64,000 nucleotides of DNA from a virus, in IMG/VR virus record IMGVR_UViG_3300047198_000026, positions 38,593-102,592 of that record; one strand, written 5' to 3'. Numbering within the stretch: the first letter of the stretch is position 1; every line of letters starts with the position of its first letter. A program made the position numbers and the translations under genes. The notes under the pieces were generated by a model. It saw only the letters and a list, made by a program, of their open reading frames with translations. It had not been told where the DNA came from and made no database searches. Of the stretch, positions 26,011 through 37,082 are shown one piece after another.

Positions 26011-28180
26011 GAAGGGTAACAAGCAGAATCGAGAGGCAATGATTACCACCAGTGGGGCCAGTAGTCAGATGGCTATTAAGAAAATTATGCCTGGTCAGGA
26101 TGTAGGACTAATTGGGGCCTCTAAAGAGAATATTAGTGTTCTCCAAACTGCCTTTGATTGTTGTACAGACAAAGTTCTGGTTGAATATGGGCCTTACTTC
26201 CTAAAGGAGAAGTATGGGATTTTTGTTACCCCAGAAGAAAAGTGGAAGGAAATTTGGGATTTAGTTCCCAGTTACATCATTCTATTTAGATGTGGAAACA
26301 AGGATACCTCTCCCATCTCCGAACTGATAGAGTTTTTAAAGAAGTCTAGAAATGATTATGGTATTCCTGTTCATTACTATGCCGATGATTTTATCTTTTT
26401 CTCCAATCATGGAGCCCCTTTGACTCTAGCCCAAATCTGTGACAGTATCATTGTGTCCACCCCTACCTTAAAAGACTGGTTAAAAAAAGAGGCTAAAGTC
26501 CCTAACCGTGTTTCTGTAGTCAAAACCCATATGGATTTGCCCACCTTTGACACCCTCTCCCCATATATGTTATCTGGAGAAAGGAAGGTACGTATCCTTT
26601 TAACTAGTGGGGGACGACTGGGAACCTTACTGATGTATCAGATTGCCGAGTTGATGGAAAAGAATTGGCAGAAGTATCAGAATGTAGAATTAGTTCTGTG
26701 TTCTGAAGGAGTGGCTCAGTTTAGATCCATTATCAATAAATTCAGGCATCTGAACAAGAGGTATTTAGAATGGATGCACCTGCATAATTTTTATGGGCTT
26801 ATGAAATCCGTAGATATCCTTTTGTATCCTCCTCTTCCAGGTGACCTAGATTATATGCTCCCAAAAGAGCTCCAACCCCTCTGGCTTGATAGCAAAAGTG
26901 AGTTGAAGTATTGTCTTGCCGGGGCTGCTAGAATACCCCTCATTGCTACCCCCACGGCCTCTTATGTTAGGGCAATAAAGCACGGAGAAACAGGTTTTCT
27001 TGCTGCTACAGCTGAAGAGTTTCTATTTTTTATTGACCTATTAAAGGATAATCCGGATTTAAGAAATCAGATTGGTCAGGCTGCAAGAGAGCATGTGGAG
27101 GATGAGTATCATATAGCCAAGAGGTATGAGGAGTTTAGGGACTCTATTGTATCTAACAGAGGGTCTGTCCCCTCTCCAAGTAAGAAGCTTTTAATTCCTA
27201 GAATTGATGGGGGACCCGGGGCCTTCGTCGATTCCCTTGAAAGGCAATTGCCCACTGTTAGCTCAGACAAGTGGGAAGTTGTCCCCTTTGTTGTACCCCT
27301 AATTACGAAGGCTAGTGACTCTGCTCCAGGAGAGGCAATTATGGTTATTGCCTATTTGGGGGCCGGGGAGGCTAGAGTCCTGAAAAAGGATTACCCCTCT
27401 ACCAAGGTTATAGTCAGGGTTGATGGGTTGCCAACTGTGTCTTATTTACCTTATCAATTTAAACCAGACCAAAATATTAAGCCAGGGGATATCCATCCTA
27501 ACAACTTAAAACAAGAAGTGGAAGCTATTCAGGAAGCCGATGTGGTAGTCTGGCAGAGTGAGTATTGCCGAAATCTATGGAAACCCTATGTGGATACCAC
27601 CAAGGGTGTTGTCATCCATAATGGAGTGGACTTGGATACCTTTAATACGAAAGTAGTTTCCTATCCTTATTCTAAAGACAAACCCAATCTGCTTCATGTC
27701 AATTGGTCAGTCTTCCCCCACAAGAGGATTGACCTCCTAGAAGAGGCCATTAGAGCCTTTCCAGATATACAATTTACCTTAGTGGGGAATTACTACGGAG
27801 TGGATATGGCCGAAACCATTACGCGGTTTATGCCCTTTGAGAATGTCACCTATGTAGGACCCGTTAAAGATGTATCCTTATTGGCCCAGTTATATAAGGG
27901 GGCCGATGCCCTTCTCTTTACATCAGAGATGGAAGGTAGCCCTAACACAATTCTGGAGGCCACAGCCTGCGGATGCCCTACCATCTATAATGTTAAGACC
28001 GATGTGGTCAAAGAGATGTTGGGAGAATGGTGCTATGGGTTTACTACAATAGAAGACATCCCCACCCAGTTGTTAGCCATTCAAACGAATAAACAGCTTA
28101 TCCAGACCTCCCTGGCCAATTTGGCAGAGAAGTTTAGTTCTGAGAATATGACTAGGAATTATCTTAAGGTGTTAGAATGA
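25982..28180 (+). CDS. Tandem two-domain glycosyltransferase (GT4-like x2)
   Basis: KSELKY..AGA..IP.IATP in the first module; VIHNGVD and EGSPNTILEATACGCP in the second. Confidence 0.85.
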   Translation: MGKKYKKGHKKGNKQNREAMITTSGASSQMAIKKIMPGQDVGLIGASKENISVLQTAFDCCTDKVLVEYGPYFLKEKYGIFVTPEEKWKEIWDLVPSYIILFRCGNKDTSPISELIEFLKKSRNDYGIPVHYYADDFIFFSNHGAPLTLAQICDSIIVSTPTLKDWLKKEAKVPNRVSVVKTHMDLPTFDTLSPYMLSGERKVRILLTSGGRLGTLLMYQIAELMEKNWQKYQNVELVLCSEGVAQFRSIINKFRHLNKRYLEWMHLHNFYGLMKSVDILLYPPLPGDLDYMLPKELQPLWLDSKSELKYCLAGAARIPLIATPTASYVRAIKHGETGFLAATAEEFLFFIDLLKDNPDLRNQIGQAAREHVEDEYHIAKRYEEFRDSIVSNRGSVPSPSKKLLIPRIDGGPGAFVDSLERQLPTVSSDKWEVVPFVVPLITKASDSAPGEAIMVIAYLGAGEARVLKKDYPSTKVIVRVDGLPTVSYLPYQFKPDQNIKPGDIHPNNLKQEVEAIQEADVVVWQSEYCRNLWKPYVDTTKGVVIHNGVDLDTFNTKVVSYPYSKDKPNLLHVNWSVFPHKRIDLLEEAIRAFPDIQFTLVGNYYGVDMAETITRFMPFENVTYVGPVKDVSLLAQLYKGADALLFTSEMEGSPNTILEATACGCPTIYNVKTDVVKEMLGEWCYGFTTIEDIPTQLLAIQTNKQLIQTSLANLAEKFSSENMTRNYLKVLE

Positions 28181-29034
28181 AAATTCTAATAGGTATCATG
28201 GTGATTGACAGGCCTATAATGACAGACAAGTGCTTCCAACATCTGTTTGCCCATACTGATAGGAGCCAGTATACACTAGTGGTCATAGACAATAACTCCA
28301 ATGATCAGACTAAGGATGTATTGCTGAAGTACCAGAAGGATATTGATTGTCTAGTAACCAACCCATTCAACGTGGGAACGGCCTTCGGGGTGAATGAGTA
28401 CATGGCTTTTAGAAAGCCAGGTCAGCATGTTCTAAACGTAAATGTAGATGCCCACATTCTGGTGGACGATTGGCTACAGATTATGCTGCAGGTCATAAAC
28501 TATCCAGACATAGCCACTGCCAGTGGCCGAAGGTCTTCGTATTGGTCTGACCCCAAGCGATTCACATACTTCACAAAGAATATTGGGGTAGTTGAGAGGG
28601 ATGGTGTCATCCTTGAACATGACGTGACCCTAAACCAAACCATTTTCCCATGGACAATGATTAAATCCTCCGTTATTGAGCAGATTGGGTATATGAATGA
28701 GTCTACTTGTATCGATGACCTAGACTATACAGCCAGGATTTCAGGATTGGGTTTAAAGAATGTGTATGTCCCCGACGTGGTGATTTGGCAACCCCATACT
28801 ACTGAACAACACAATGAAGGGCAAAACCACCCTGAATACAAGGCTAATCGAGAAATGGTGGATTCCCATTGGCCTATGCTAATAGCGGCAGAACAAGAGT
28901 ATAAGGTGTTCAAAGTTAAATTGTATAAGGGGAGCAGGTTTGTTCCTGAAAGTATAACAGAGGAGTTTTACCAAAGGGCTTCTGACAGAAACTTTGACTT
29001 CTTTAAAAACTACAAGAGGAACCATGAAAAGTAA
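28177..29034 (+). CDS. Glycosyltransferase family 2
   Basis: VVIDNNSND, N.G.A.G.N, IGYMNE..DDLDY..R. Confidence 0.85.
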   Translation: MKILIGIMVIDRPIMTDKCFQHLFAHTDRSQYTLVVIDNNSNDQTKDVLLKYQKDIDCLVTNPFNVGTAFGVNEYMAFRKPGQHVLNVNVDAHILVDDWLQIMLQVINYPDIATASGRRSSYWSDPKRFTYFTKNIGVVERDGVILEHDVTLNQTIFPWTMIKSSVIEQIGYMNESTCIDDLDYTARISGLGLKNVYVPDVVIWQPHTTEQHNEGQNHPEYKANREMVDSHWPMLIAAEQEYKVFKVKLYKGSRFVPESITEEFYQRASDRNFDFFKNYKRNHEK

Positions 29035-30361
29035 AATAATCATCCTGTATTATCCAAGACTCAACTGGATGACTGAACTTGACAAAGGTTGGCACCGGTT
29101 TCCATATGCGGTATGGTCCTTGGTTCCCGGGCTGACGGCTGCTGGCTATAATGTGATGGTATTTGATGGAAGGCTGGATGAAAGGGAGAAGTTCCTTGAG
29201 GCCCTAAAAATGAGACCCTTATTCGTGGGCATTAGCAGTCTAACTGGGGTACAGCTCTTAGATGGTCTGTGGGCTGCCAAGAAAGTAAGAGAGGAAGACC
29301 CCACTATCCCCATAGTATGGGGAGGATGGCATGTGACCCTATCACCAGAGGAAAGCCTGAAAGAACCCCTAGTGGACATTGTAGTGGCTGGTAGGGGGGA
29401 AGACTTGGTGGTTGAGGTGGCTAAAGAACTAGAAAGTAGGTCACGTGACCTAGCAAATAGGTTATTCAAACAGGAAAAGGCATTTGACATATTCCCCAAG
29501 ATTCCGTTCCACCGTGTGGACATCAATAGGTATGGTCCCTTATTTGGGTATCTAACCTCCACGGGTTGCGTCTGGGGGTGTACCTTTTGTGCTATCCAAC
29601 AGGTATATAAGCACAAGATGTTTTTTAAACCCATGGATCAGGTAATTGAAGAATTGAAATACATCGTAGATAATTACAAAGGACTCCGCCACATTGATAT
29701 AGATGACGAACTATTTTTTATTAATACTGACAGGGTAGAGGAGTTCTGTGACAGGTGGGGTTTTTATGGAGGGATCCCAATGTCTGTATTGGCCCATGTG
29801 AATATAATGGTGAAATATAAGACCAGTATCTGGAATAAGATAGTGCTGGGGGGATTTTCTCATATTCTCATAGGGGCAGAAAGTGGGAATCAAACCGTGT
29901 TAGATAGGCTCAAGAAGCACCAGACACCAAATCGGATGTTGGAATTTGCAGTCTTGACAGCTAGGCATGGTATAGCTCCTGAATTCTCTTGCATGACCGG
30001 ATTTCCTGATAGTGATGAGTTAGACGATTTTAAAGACACAGTCATGTTTCTAAGAGATGCTGGAAGTCTTAATCCTAGGACCTTATTCAAAATGTTTTGG
30101 GCCCGACCTTATCCTGGTACAGAACTGTTTAAATCCTATGTTGACTTAGGAATTAGGATGCCCCAGAATTTTAAGCAATGGGGGGATTACACTCTACGAA
30201 CAACTCCTAATTGGGTTAGTAGGGAGCTTGAAGATAAGGTTCATTTCTTTACTGGTATGTTTCAGCCGGCTTATGGTTGGAATTATGACTGGGATTTGTT
30301 TATGAAAGAATTTGAAAAAGCGAGGAGTATGGGACCAATACCTGTCCCTGCACAATTATAA
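29024..30361 (+). CDS. Cobalamin-binding radical SAM enzyme (class B methyltransferase-like)
   Basis: IVWGGWHVT, GRGE, TSTGCVWGCTFC, GAESG, PYPGT. Confidence 0.9.
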   Translation: MKSKIIILYYPRLNWMTELDKGWHRFPYAVWSLVPGLTAAGYNVMVFDGRLDEREKFLEALKMRPLFVGISSLTGVQLLDGLWAAKKVREEDPTIPIVWGGWHVTLSPEESLKEPLVDIVVAGRGEDLVVEVAKELESRSRDLANRLFKQEKAFDIFPKIPFHRVDINRYGPLFGYLTSTGCVWGCTFCAIQQVYKHKMFFKPMDQVIEELKYIVDNYKGLRHIDIDDELFFINTDRVEEFCDRWGFYGGIPMSVLAHVNIMVKYKTSIWNKIVLGGFSHILIGAESGNQTVLDRLKKHQTPNRMLEFAVLTARHGIAPEFSCMTGFPDSDELDDFKDTVMFLRDAGSLNPRTLFKMFWARPYPGTELFKSYVDLGIRMPQNFKQWGDYTLRTTPNWVSRELEDKVHFFTGMFQPAYGWNYDWDLFMKEFEKARSMGPIPVPAQL

Positions 30362-30363
30362 AT

Positions 30364-30876
30364 ATGATAACTCCTAATATATGGTGGGGTGTTGATACTC
30401 AACCTCACCCAGCAAACAGAAGACCAGACATAGAAAAAGCCTTACAGGAGATATTTCCCCTAGGGGTATTTACCTATGTAGACTTGGCCTGTGGAGATGG
30501 GGATGTGATTAAGTATTTGGCTAAACAGTTTCCTGAGTCTAGTTTCGTAGGAGTAGATATGAACTGTCCTGGAAGAGAAGACCTGCTTTATACCCCTCCT
30601 AAAAACTTGACCTTTGTTGAGGAGTTGTGGCAAGAACATATTGACACCCACCCTTCTTATGATGTGTGTTCTTTGCTTAATACCTATCGTAATTGGCCTG
30701 ACCAGTATGAAGAAGAAAGAATATTTTTTCATAGTTGGTTAGACGGTTACGTAAAATATTTTATATGTTCTGTGGGTGGGGAGGAAGAGTGGAAAAAACT
30801 TCCTTGGTCTTATCGGGTAATCGGAGAAGACTTTATGTGTCCATTACTGTTATGTAAAATAGGAGAAAAAGAATGA
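30364..30876 (+). CDS. Class I SAM-dependent methyltransferase
   Basis: VDLACGDG motif I and FVGVD. Confidence 0.75.
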   Translation: MITPNIWWGVDTQPHPANRRPDIEKALQEIFPLGVFTYVDLACGDGDVIKYLAKQFPESSFVGVDMNCPGREDLLYTPPKNLTFVEELWQEHIDTHPSYDVCSLLNTYRNWPDQYEEERIFFHSWLDGYVKYFICSVGGEEEWKKLPWSYRVIGEDFMCPLLLCKIGEKE

Positions 30877-31811
30877 AAGTTGGCTGGATACTAATAGGAA
30901 ACGAGGACGTCCCCTCAGCAAGAATTATGGGAATCAATGTTCACAAGTGGATGGGGGACAACGGAATTGAATCCACTATCCTTTACAGACCCCCCTCCTA
31001 TAACCCATTTCTTTTTCAGTCACCTCAAATTGAAGAAGTCATTGACACTAAAGGGGTTGATTACCTTATCTTTCAGAAGGTATGTCTGGGAAAGTCTGTG
31101 GAGTATATGAAGAAGGCAAAGGAGAAGGGAATTAAGACGATTTACATTCTGGATGACTTAATCTCTGAGGGAGTTCCTCTTTGTAAGGAGGCCGATATCA
31201 TAGTTTTGGGATCTGCTTACATTAATTTGGCCTTACAGGCTGCCGGGGTGAATCGCGAAGTGGTCATTATGCCAGATGCCTATGAGACCTCTAGAGACCT
31301 TTATAGGAGGGAGTACAATCCCTATCCTAGAAAGGACAGAGTGGGGTGGTTTGGAACCATACTGCATTTGCCCCAAGCTAATGAGATGCGATCGTTGGTT
31401 GAGGGATTGGGGTATGAATACATAACCATTTCGAAGGATCCTAGTGCCAATCGGCAATGGTCATTGGACACCATCTGGACTGACCTTTTGGAAATGGACA
31501 TAATCCTCATTCCATATTTGGGAAAACTTCCCGATTATGAGAAGGCCAAGGGAAACAACAGACTGACCCAATCGATGGTTCTTGGACTGCCAGTTATTGC
31601 TTCACCCATACCAGTTTACTTGGGTATAATCAGTCCCGGGAGGAATGGGTTTATTTCTTTTAACAATGATGCTAAGGACTTTGAGAACTATCTAAAGGTC
31701 TTGAAGAATTGGGAAGTGAGGAAGAAAATAGGTGAGAATGCTCGGAAGGACGTAGTTGACAGATTCTCGATCGATACAATCGGGAACATATGGAAGGAGG
31801 TTTTGAAATGA
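30873..31811 (+). CDS. Glycosyltransferase (GT4-like)
   Basis: SAR.., IFQK, YILDD, KGNNRLTQSMVLGLPVIASP. Confidence 0.82.
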   Translation: MKVGWILIGNEDVPSARIMGINVHKWMGDNGIESTILYRPPSYNPFLFQSPQIEEVIDTKGVDYLIFQKVCLGKSVEYMKKAKEKGIKTIYILDDLISEGVPLCKEADIIVLGSAYINLALQAAGVNREVVIMPDAYETSRDLYRREYNPYPRKDRVGWFGTILHLPQANEMRSLVEGLGYEYITISKDPSANRQWSLDTIWTDLLEMDIILIPYLGKLPDYEKAKGNNRLTQSMVLGLPVIASPIPVYLGIISPGRNGFISFNNDAKDFENYLKVLKNWEVRKKIGENARKDVVDRFSIDTIGNIWKEVLK

Positions 31812-32125
31812 AGATAGTAGGATCTATACTTGCAATTATTATGCTACTTGGGGCTTTTTTTGGTGTCTATCGATTCCTAGAGGGACATTACGCCTTGGCT
31901 ACTGAACTTAAGAATACCCACGAGTATGCCCAGAAGGTTGAAAAGCGCCTTGATTTTAAAATCTCTGATGACCAGAGGATTTCTTTTCAGAAAGAGAGGC
32001 GGGAGATTGAGGAGAGAAACTTGGGACAGCCAATTGAAAAGTGGGATAAGCGGGATAGAATAAGGTACGAGGATTTAGGGGACATGTTGGACAGGGTTAA
32101 GAAAAACATAGAAAAAATGATGTAG
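31808..32125 (+). CDS. Membrane-anchored coiled-coil protein
   Basis: N-terminal TM MKIVGSILAIIMLLGAFFGVY; ATGA overlap. Confidence 0.55.
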   Translation: MKIVGSILAIIMLLGAFFGVYRFLEGHYALATELKNTHEYAQKVEKRLDFKISDDQRISFQKERREIEERNLGQPIEKWDKRDRIRYEDLGDMLDRVKKNIEKMM

Positions 32126-32135
32126 GAGGTTTGAA

Positions 32136-32699
32136 ATGAGACCAGAGAGTGAACGTTTAAGACTTCGCTTAATTGATGAAGCCGACATTGAGTGGTTAAG
32201 AGAAACCAGAAATAAAAACCGTAACAACTTCTTTTCTGCAGAAGAGATTACTAAAGAACAGCAGAAGGCATGGTATGAGAGGTACAGAGAATCAAACATT
32301 GACAACATGTTTATTATTCAACTTAAGGATGGAAGGTCTGTTGGAACCATTGCTCTATACAACATTGATATGGGAACTAGGTCTGCCGAGTTGGGTAGAG
32401 TTCTCATTCTTGACGAGTTCCGGGGACACGGGTATGCAGAGGAGGCTGTGAGGGTACTGGCAGAGTGCGCCTTTAACCTCTTTCGTTTGTATAGGATTAG
32501 AGTCCAGACGCATATGGACAATTTGGATGCCATAGCCGTATATGCCCGCGCCGGATTCAAAACTACTACCAGGCCAATCATCCTCCTCGAGAAGATCAAT
32601 CCGAATTACGATCCCAAGAAGCCCTTGGTATTGGAGAGTTATGACGACATGTCTCCAGATGGCCATGAGTCAACGGCAAGTAATGTCAGGGGGGAATGA
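32136..32699 (+). CDS. GNAT N-acetyltransferase (RimL/PseH-like)
   Basis: AELGRVLI..EFRGHGYAEEA...N..AI..Y...GF. Confidence 0.85.
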   Translation: MRPESERLRLRLIDEADIEWLRETRNKNRNNFFSAEEITKEQQKAWYERYRESNIDNMFIIQLKDGRSVGTIALYNIDMGTRSAELGRVLILDEFRGHGYAEEAVRVLAECAFNLFRLYRIRVQTHMDNLDAIAVYARAGFKTTTRPIILLEKINPNYDPKKPLVLESYDDMSPDGHESTASNVRGE

Positions 32700-33469
32700 T
32701 GACTCAATGGGGATCTGTATTAGACACAGTAGTCTGTCTACCAAATTATAATTATGGAGAATTTTTAGAAAGGGCTATACAAAGTGCTTTAGACATGAAT
32801 CCCATGCCAGGGGAGATCTCCATTGTAGATGATGGGTCGACAGATAACAGTGTGGACATCATTAAACGATACCACAAGAGGTATCCAAATATCATCAAGT
32901 ATGGTGTTTTAGAACGTAATTCCGGTGGGGGTGAAACACCTCTAAATGAGGCTATACGGATATCCAAGGGCAAATTTATAGCCCCCATGGGCTCTGACGA
33001 TACTATATTTCCTGATTATTTTGCCAAAGTATTACCCCAGTTTACCCGTCCCACGATAGGGGTCGTTAGAACGGGAATGAATGAGATATACCGAGTAGAG
33101 GAGAAAGTAGTATATCCCCGAGCCTGGGTAAGTAATGATAGGGTTAAGGACTTATTAGAAGCCAATCGGGTTTATGGGTGTGCTTGTTATAGAAGGGAAA
33201 TGTGGGAAGACCTAGGTGGATACGACGAGAAAGGAATGTTGGGAGATTGGGATTTCTGGATTAGGGCAGCCATCCGCGGATGGGAGTTTGCTGATTCTTA
33301 CAGCCCGGGGATTAACTATAAAAAGCATGGTAGTTCTTTAGCCGCTAGTCCACGTATATATCCTGCCATGGTGTATTTGGCCAGGAAATATGAAAGTCTA
33401 ATCAGGGAAAAACAAGTAACAGAGGGCCCTCTGGTAGAAATTCTCAATAAACAAGGGAGTCAACAATGA
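32696..33469 (+). CDS. Glycosyltransferase family 2
   Basis: LPNYNYG.FL..AI.S, IVDDGSTD, GGYDE..DWDFWIR. Confidence 0.9.
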   Translation: MMTQWGSVLDTVVCLPNYNYGEFLERAIQSALDMNPMPGEISIVDDGSTDNSVDIIKRYHKRYPNIIKYGVLERNSGGGETPLNEAIRISKGKFIAPMGSDDTIFPDYFAKVLPQFTRPTIGVVRTGMNEIYRVEEKVVYPRAWVSNDRVKDLLEANRVYGCACYRREMWEDLGGYDEKGMLGDWDFWIRAAIRGWEFADSYSPGINYKKHGSSLAASPRIYPAMVYLARKYESLIREKQVTEGPLVEILNKQGSQQ

Positions 33470-34347
33470 AACTAGAAGACAAGGTTGTGATGGTGACAGG
33501 GGGTGAGGGATTTATAGGGAGCCACCTAGTAGAAAGACTGGCCAAAGAAAACCCAAAGGAAATTAGAGTGGCATTCATACGAGACATCGATCTGTCTAAT
33601 CCACCTGAAGTTAGACAGATGTTTAGTGGAAATACTAAGCCAGACGTAGTTTTCAATCTGGCGGTAGTTGGGTTGATGTCATCCTTACAGGATCCTGCCT
33701 GGGTGGTTAGAACGAATGTAAATATGACCCTTAACCTGTGTGAAGCCCAACGAATGGGGTGCTTCAACACCTTAATACAGTTTTCGTCCTCTGAAGCCTA
33801 TGGAACGGCTATTTCTTGTCCCATGAAAGAAGATCATCCAGTTAACCCAACTACTCCCTATGGGGCTAGTAAATTGGCCACTGACTATATAGCCTTGTCA
33901 TACCAGAATACATTTGGTTTAGACACCTCTGTGATAAGGCCCTTCAATGTCTATGGCCCCGGGAAGAACTCTGGATTAATACCCAAAACCATAAAAGGGG
34001 TTCTTGGAGGGGGTCGTATCTATGTTAACGGAAGTGGTGAGCAAACACGAGATCTTACCTATGTAACTGACACTGTTGAAGCTGCCGTAAGAATTTGTGA
34101 AAATGAAGCAACACGGGGGAAAATAATTAATATTGGGTCAGGTAGGGATCTGTCAATAAATTATATAGTAGAGACAATAGCAAAGGAACTGGAGTATTCT
34201 GGACCGATCATACATAGGGAAGAAAGGTTGGGAGAGGTTAAGAGGCTGGTGGCTGATATAGGATTGGCTAAAAGTTTAATTGGTTATGCCCCCTCCGTAA
34301 GTTTCGAAGAGGGGATAAAACAAACAATAGAGTGGTATAAGAAATGA
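33466..34347 (+). CDS. NAD-dependent nucleotide-sugar epimerase/dehydratase
   Basis: TGGEGFIG, SSSEAYG, YGASK, RPFNVYGP. Confidence 0.9.
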   Translation: MKLEDKVVMVTGGEGFIGSHLVERLAKENPKEIRVAFIRDIDLSNPPEVRQMFSGNTKPDVVFNLAVVGLMSSLQDPAWVVRTNVNMTLNLCEAQRMGCFNTLIQFSSSEAYGTAISCPMKEDHPVNPTTPYGASKLATDYIALSYQNTFGLDTSVIRPFNVYGPGKNSGLIPKTIKGVLGGGRIYVNGSGEQTRDLTYVTDTVEAAVRICENEATRGKIINIGSGRDLSINYIVETIAKELEYSGPIIHREERLGEVKRLVADIGLAKSLIGYAPSVSFEEGIKQTIEWYKK

Positions 34348-34547
34348 AAGTCGATTTGAGTTCCGAAGAGATCACATGCCTTTTGTTCTGGTATAGTTGC
34401 TATCAAGATGAGGTGCAACCAGAACCTGTTGATAAAACCTTACTGGAAAAGCTTAGGAAGTGGCATAATCTAGATAGGGAATTGACTGGGGGAGAGAGGA
34501 AGGCTTACTCTGGAATACCTAAGTACCAGCCGGGAGAAAAACCATGA
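34344..34547 (+). CDS. Hypothetical protein
   Basis: ATGA overlaps on both sides. Confidence 0.5.
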   Translation: MKVDLSSEEITCLLFWYSCYQDEVQPEPVDKTLLEKLRKWHNLDRELTGGERKAYSGIPKYQPGEKP

Positions 34548-35224
34548 AGATTATTACTGGGGCTTCTAGGGGAATAGGAAAATATTTACTGGAGAGGTAC
34601 TTAATTGATGGGGAAGTTGTATGTGGTACTTTTTTATCTACCCCTCCTACACCCATTCTTTCCAGATACTATACTAAGGTGGATGTCTCAAACTATTCAG
34701 AAGTTTCTTCCTGGATAGACTCACTCTCCCTGTTTGAGGATACAACGCTTATAAACTGTGCAGGAATAAATTATAATTCCTTTGCCCACAAAGCCGATCT
34801 TGACGAGTGGGAGAAGATCATAAGAGTAAACCTGATTGGAACCTTCAATGTTATCCGGGCTGTACTTCCTGAAATGAGAAAGAAGGGGTATGGAAGGATA
34901 ATCAACTTTTCGTCTATTGTCGATCGGTTAGGGATCCCGGGCACAAGTGCGTATGCAGCCTCAAAGGCTGGACTCCTTGGCTTAACGAAAGTCTTGGCTG
35001 TTGAAAATGCCTCCAAGGGAATAACCATTAACAATCTAAATCTTGGATATTTTAATGTAGGAATGGGGTTTGATGTACCCCCAGAATTGAAACTTAAAAT
35101 TGAGGAGAGGATTCCTACTAAAGAGTTTGGAGACACAGAAGACATCTATAGGGCTGTTAATTTTTTAATTGAGAACAGCTACATAAATGGAGCCAGTCTT
35201 GACATTAATGGGGGCTTACAATGA
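34544..35224 (+). CDS. Short-chain dehydrogenase/reductase (FabG-like)
   Basis: TGASRGIG, INCAG, YAASKAG. Confidence 0.9.
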   Translation: MKIITGASRGIGKYLLERYLIDGEVVCGTFLSTPPTPILSRYYTKVDVSNYSEVSSWIDSLSLFEDTTLINCAGINYNSFAHKADLDEWEKIIRVNLIGTFNVIRAVLPEMRKKGYGRIINFSSIVDRLGIPGTSAYAASKAGLLGLTKVLAVENASKGITINNLNLGYFNVGMGFDVPPELKLKIEERIPTKEFGDTEDIYRAVNFLIENSYINGASLDINGGLQ

Positions 35225-36042
35225 GATTAGAGAATGTTCATAAACACCTTGAAATAGAGGCAAAAGAAATTGACCTGGGGAAGGATGTTCATTTTGGCGA
35301 TAATATCTCTATCTCCCTAAACGGGACCTTTAGTATGGGAGACCATAGCCAGTTGGGAGACGATATACAGGTTAGGGGAAACAATGTAAAGATCGGTAAA
35401 TACCTATTCCACACTTCTGGATTAAGGGTAGGAGGGGGAGGATGTCAGAACCCCACTGCCAACCTGTCCATTGGGGACAGATGTACCCTCCATAATAACT
35501 CTATCAATATAGCTGAACCAGTTAAGATTGGAAACGATGTAGGGTTATCCCATGACGTGACCCTACTGACCCATGGCTATTGGTTATCTGTCCTAGATGG
35601 CTATCCTGCCAAGTTTGCAGGCATTAAGATTGGGAATGGGGTGATTGTGGGATACAGAAGTGTGATAATGATGGGGGTTGAAATAGTAGATAATGTGGTG
35701 ATAGGGGCTCAAAGCGTGGTTACGAATAACCTTAGAATAAAGGGGGTCTATGTAGGGAATCCAGCGAAGTTTATTAGGGGGATCCTCCCTCCAACTAGGG
35801 AGGAGCGGGTAACAATGTTAAGAGAGATTATAGATAGATACCTGCCAGTGGCCAGATTCCATGGTATTGAGCCGGAGATAAGCATTGAGTACCCTCTGAT
35901 CTATTTTAAGGAGTTCTGTTTCAATGTTGAGACTTTTGAATATCTGGGGGAGGAAGACGGAGAGACAGACGACTTTAGGGACTACATTAGGAGATGGGGG
36001 ATCAGAATCTATACTGAAAGGCCATTCAGGAGTATGGTATGA
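35221..36042 (+). CDS. Left-handed beta-helix acyltransferase
   Basis: Hexapeptide repeats (IGD/IGN/IVDNVVIGAQSVV) and GNPAK. Confidence 0.85.
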   Translation: MRLENVHKHLEIEAKEIDLGKDVHFGDNISISLNGTFSMGDHSQLGDDIQVRGNNVKIGKYLFHTSGLRVGGGGCQNPTANLSIGDRCTLHNNSINIAEPVKIGNDVGLSHDVTLLTHGYWLSVLDGYPAKFAGIKIGNGVIVGYRSVIMMGVEIVDNVVIGAQSVVTNNLRIKGVYVGNPAKFIRGILPPTREERVTMLREIIDRYLPVARFHGIEPEISIEYPLIYFKEFCFNVETFEYLGEEDGETDDFRDYIRRWGIRIYTERPFRSMV

Positions 36043-37082
36043 AAACTGTTCTGGTTCTTGGAGCCGGCGGACCTGCGGGAATCAATTTTATAGAGAGCCT
36101 TCTATTAACAAAGGACTATAATGTGATTGGGTGTGATGTAAACCCTTGGCATCTAAAGCTGATTGAAAGAAGGTTTGATATTAAAACATACCGTGTGGAT
36201 TACCTTACCTCCCAAGACGCTAGAAGAGTGGCTGACCTCAATTGGGTAATGCGTAAGGAATCCGTTGACTTTGTCCATGCCCAACCTGATTTCGAAGTGG
36301 AGTTTCTCTCCAGAAATAGGGAAAAGATAAATGCGGTAACTTTTTTACCAAGTAAGGGAACTATAGAGGCATGCCGGAATAAGTATACGACGGCAGTTCT
36401 TATGAGGGGACTTGCTCCTCTAACCAGTCTGGTAAATGAGAATACCCTGGCAAGCCAGATAAAAATGATTCAAGACGTATCAGAAGAGAAGAGGGTGTGG
36501 CTTAGAGCAGTGAGGGGGGCAGGTTCAAAGGCAGCTTTGCCTATCACTACTCTTCGGCAGGCACTGGATTGGATACACTATTGGAAGGAAACGAAAAGGC
36601 TGGAGTCAAGTGATTTTATGGTAAGTGAGTTCCTGCCCGGGAAGGAGTATGCTTTCCAGTCAGTTTGGTTGAATGGGGAACTCATCACTTCCATGGCAAG
36701 GGAGAGAATGGAATATCTTATGGGTAACCTATTTCCCTCTGGGCAATCGTCTTCCCCATCAGTAGCAGTTACGGTCCACCATGATAGGGTGAATGTCATA
36801 GCCACTCAGGCCATGTGGAATATTGATAAAAGAGCCCATGGAATCTTCTGTATTGACATGAAGGAAAATAAGTATGGGATGCCTTTGGTGACAGAGATTA
36901 ATGCAGGTAGGTTCTTTACGACATCTAACTTCTTTTCTCACTATGGGGCTAACATGCCCGACACATACATCAAGTTGGGATTTGGGGAGTCTGTGGGAGA
37001 GTTGCCAAAATACAATGCCATCCCTAAAGACATAGTGTGGGTAAGAGGAATTGATACCCTACCTTATGGATTTGAATTATGA
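36039..37082 (+). CDS. ATP-grasp enzyme
   Basis: GAGG.AG N-domain, NKY, GAGS loop, EFLPGKEY, TEINAGRF. Confidence 0.8.
   Translation: MKTVLVLGAGGPAGINFIESLLLTKDYNVIGCDVNPWHLKLIERRFDIKTYRVDYLTSQDARRVADLNWVMRKESVDFVHAQPDFEVEFLSRNREKINAVTFLPSKGTIEACRNKYTTAVLMRGLAPLTSLVNENTLASQIKMIQDVSEEKRVWLRAVRGAGSKAALPITTLRQALDWIHYWKETKRLESSDFMVSEFLPGKEYAFQSVWLNGELITSMARERMEYLMGNLFPSGQSSSPSVAVTVHHDRVNVIATQAMWNIDKRAHGIFCIDMKENKYGMPLVTEINAGRFFTTSNFFSHYGANMPDTYIKLGFGESVGELPKYNAIPKDIVWVRGIDTLPYGFEL

Noticed and set aside
18727-30378. Plus-strand starts MAYSGN (18727), MICPN (21245) and MITPN (30364) as members of the N-terminal tag family
   Set aside because: They match only part of the pattern or have different spacing, which is compatible with chance.
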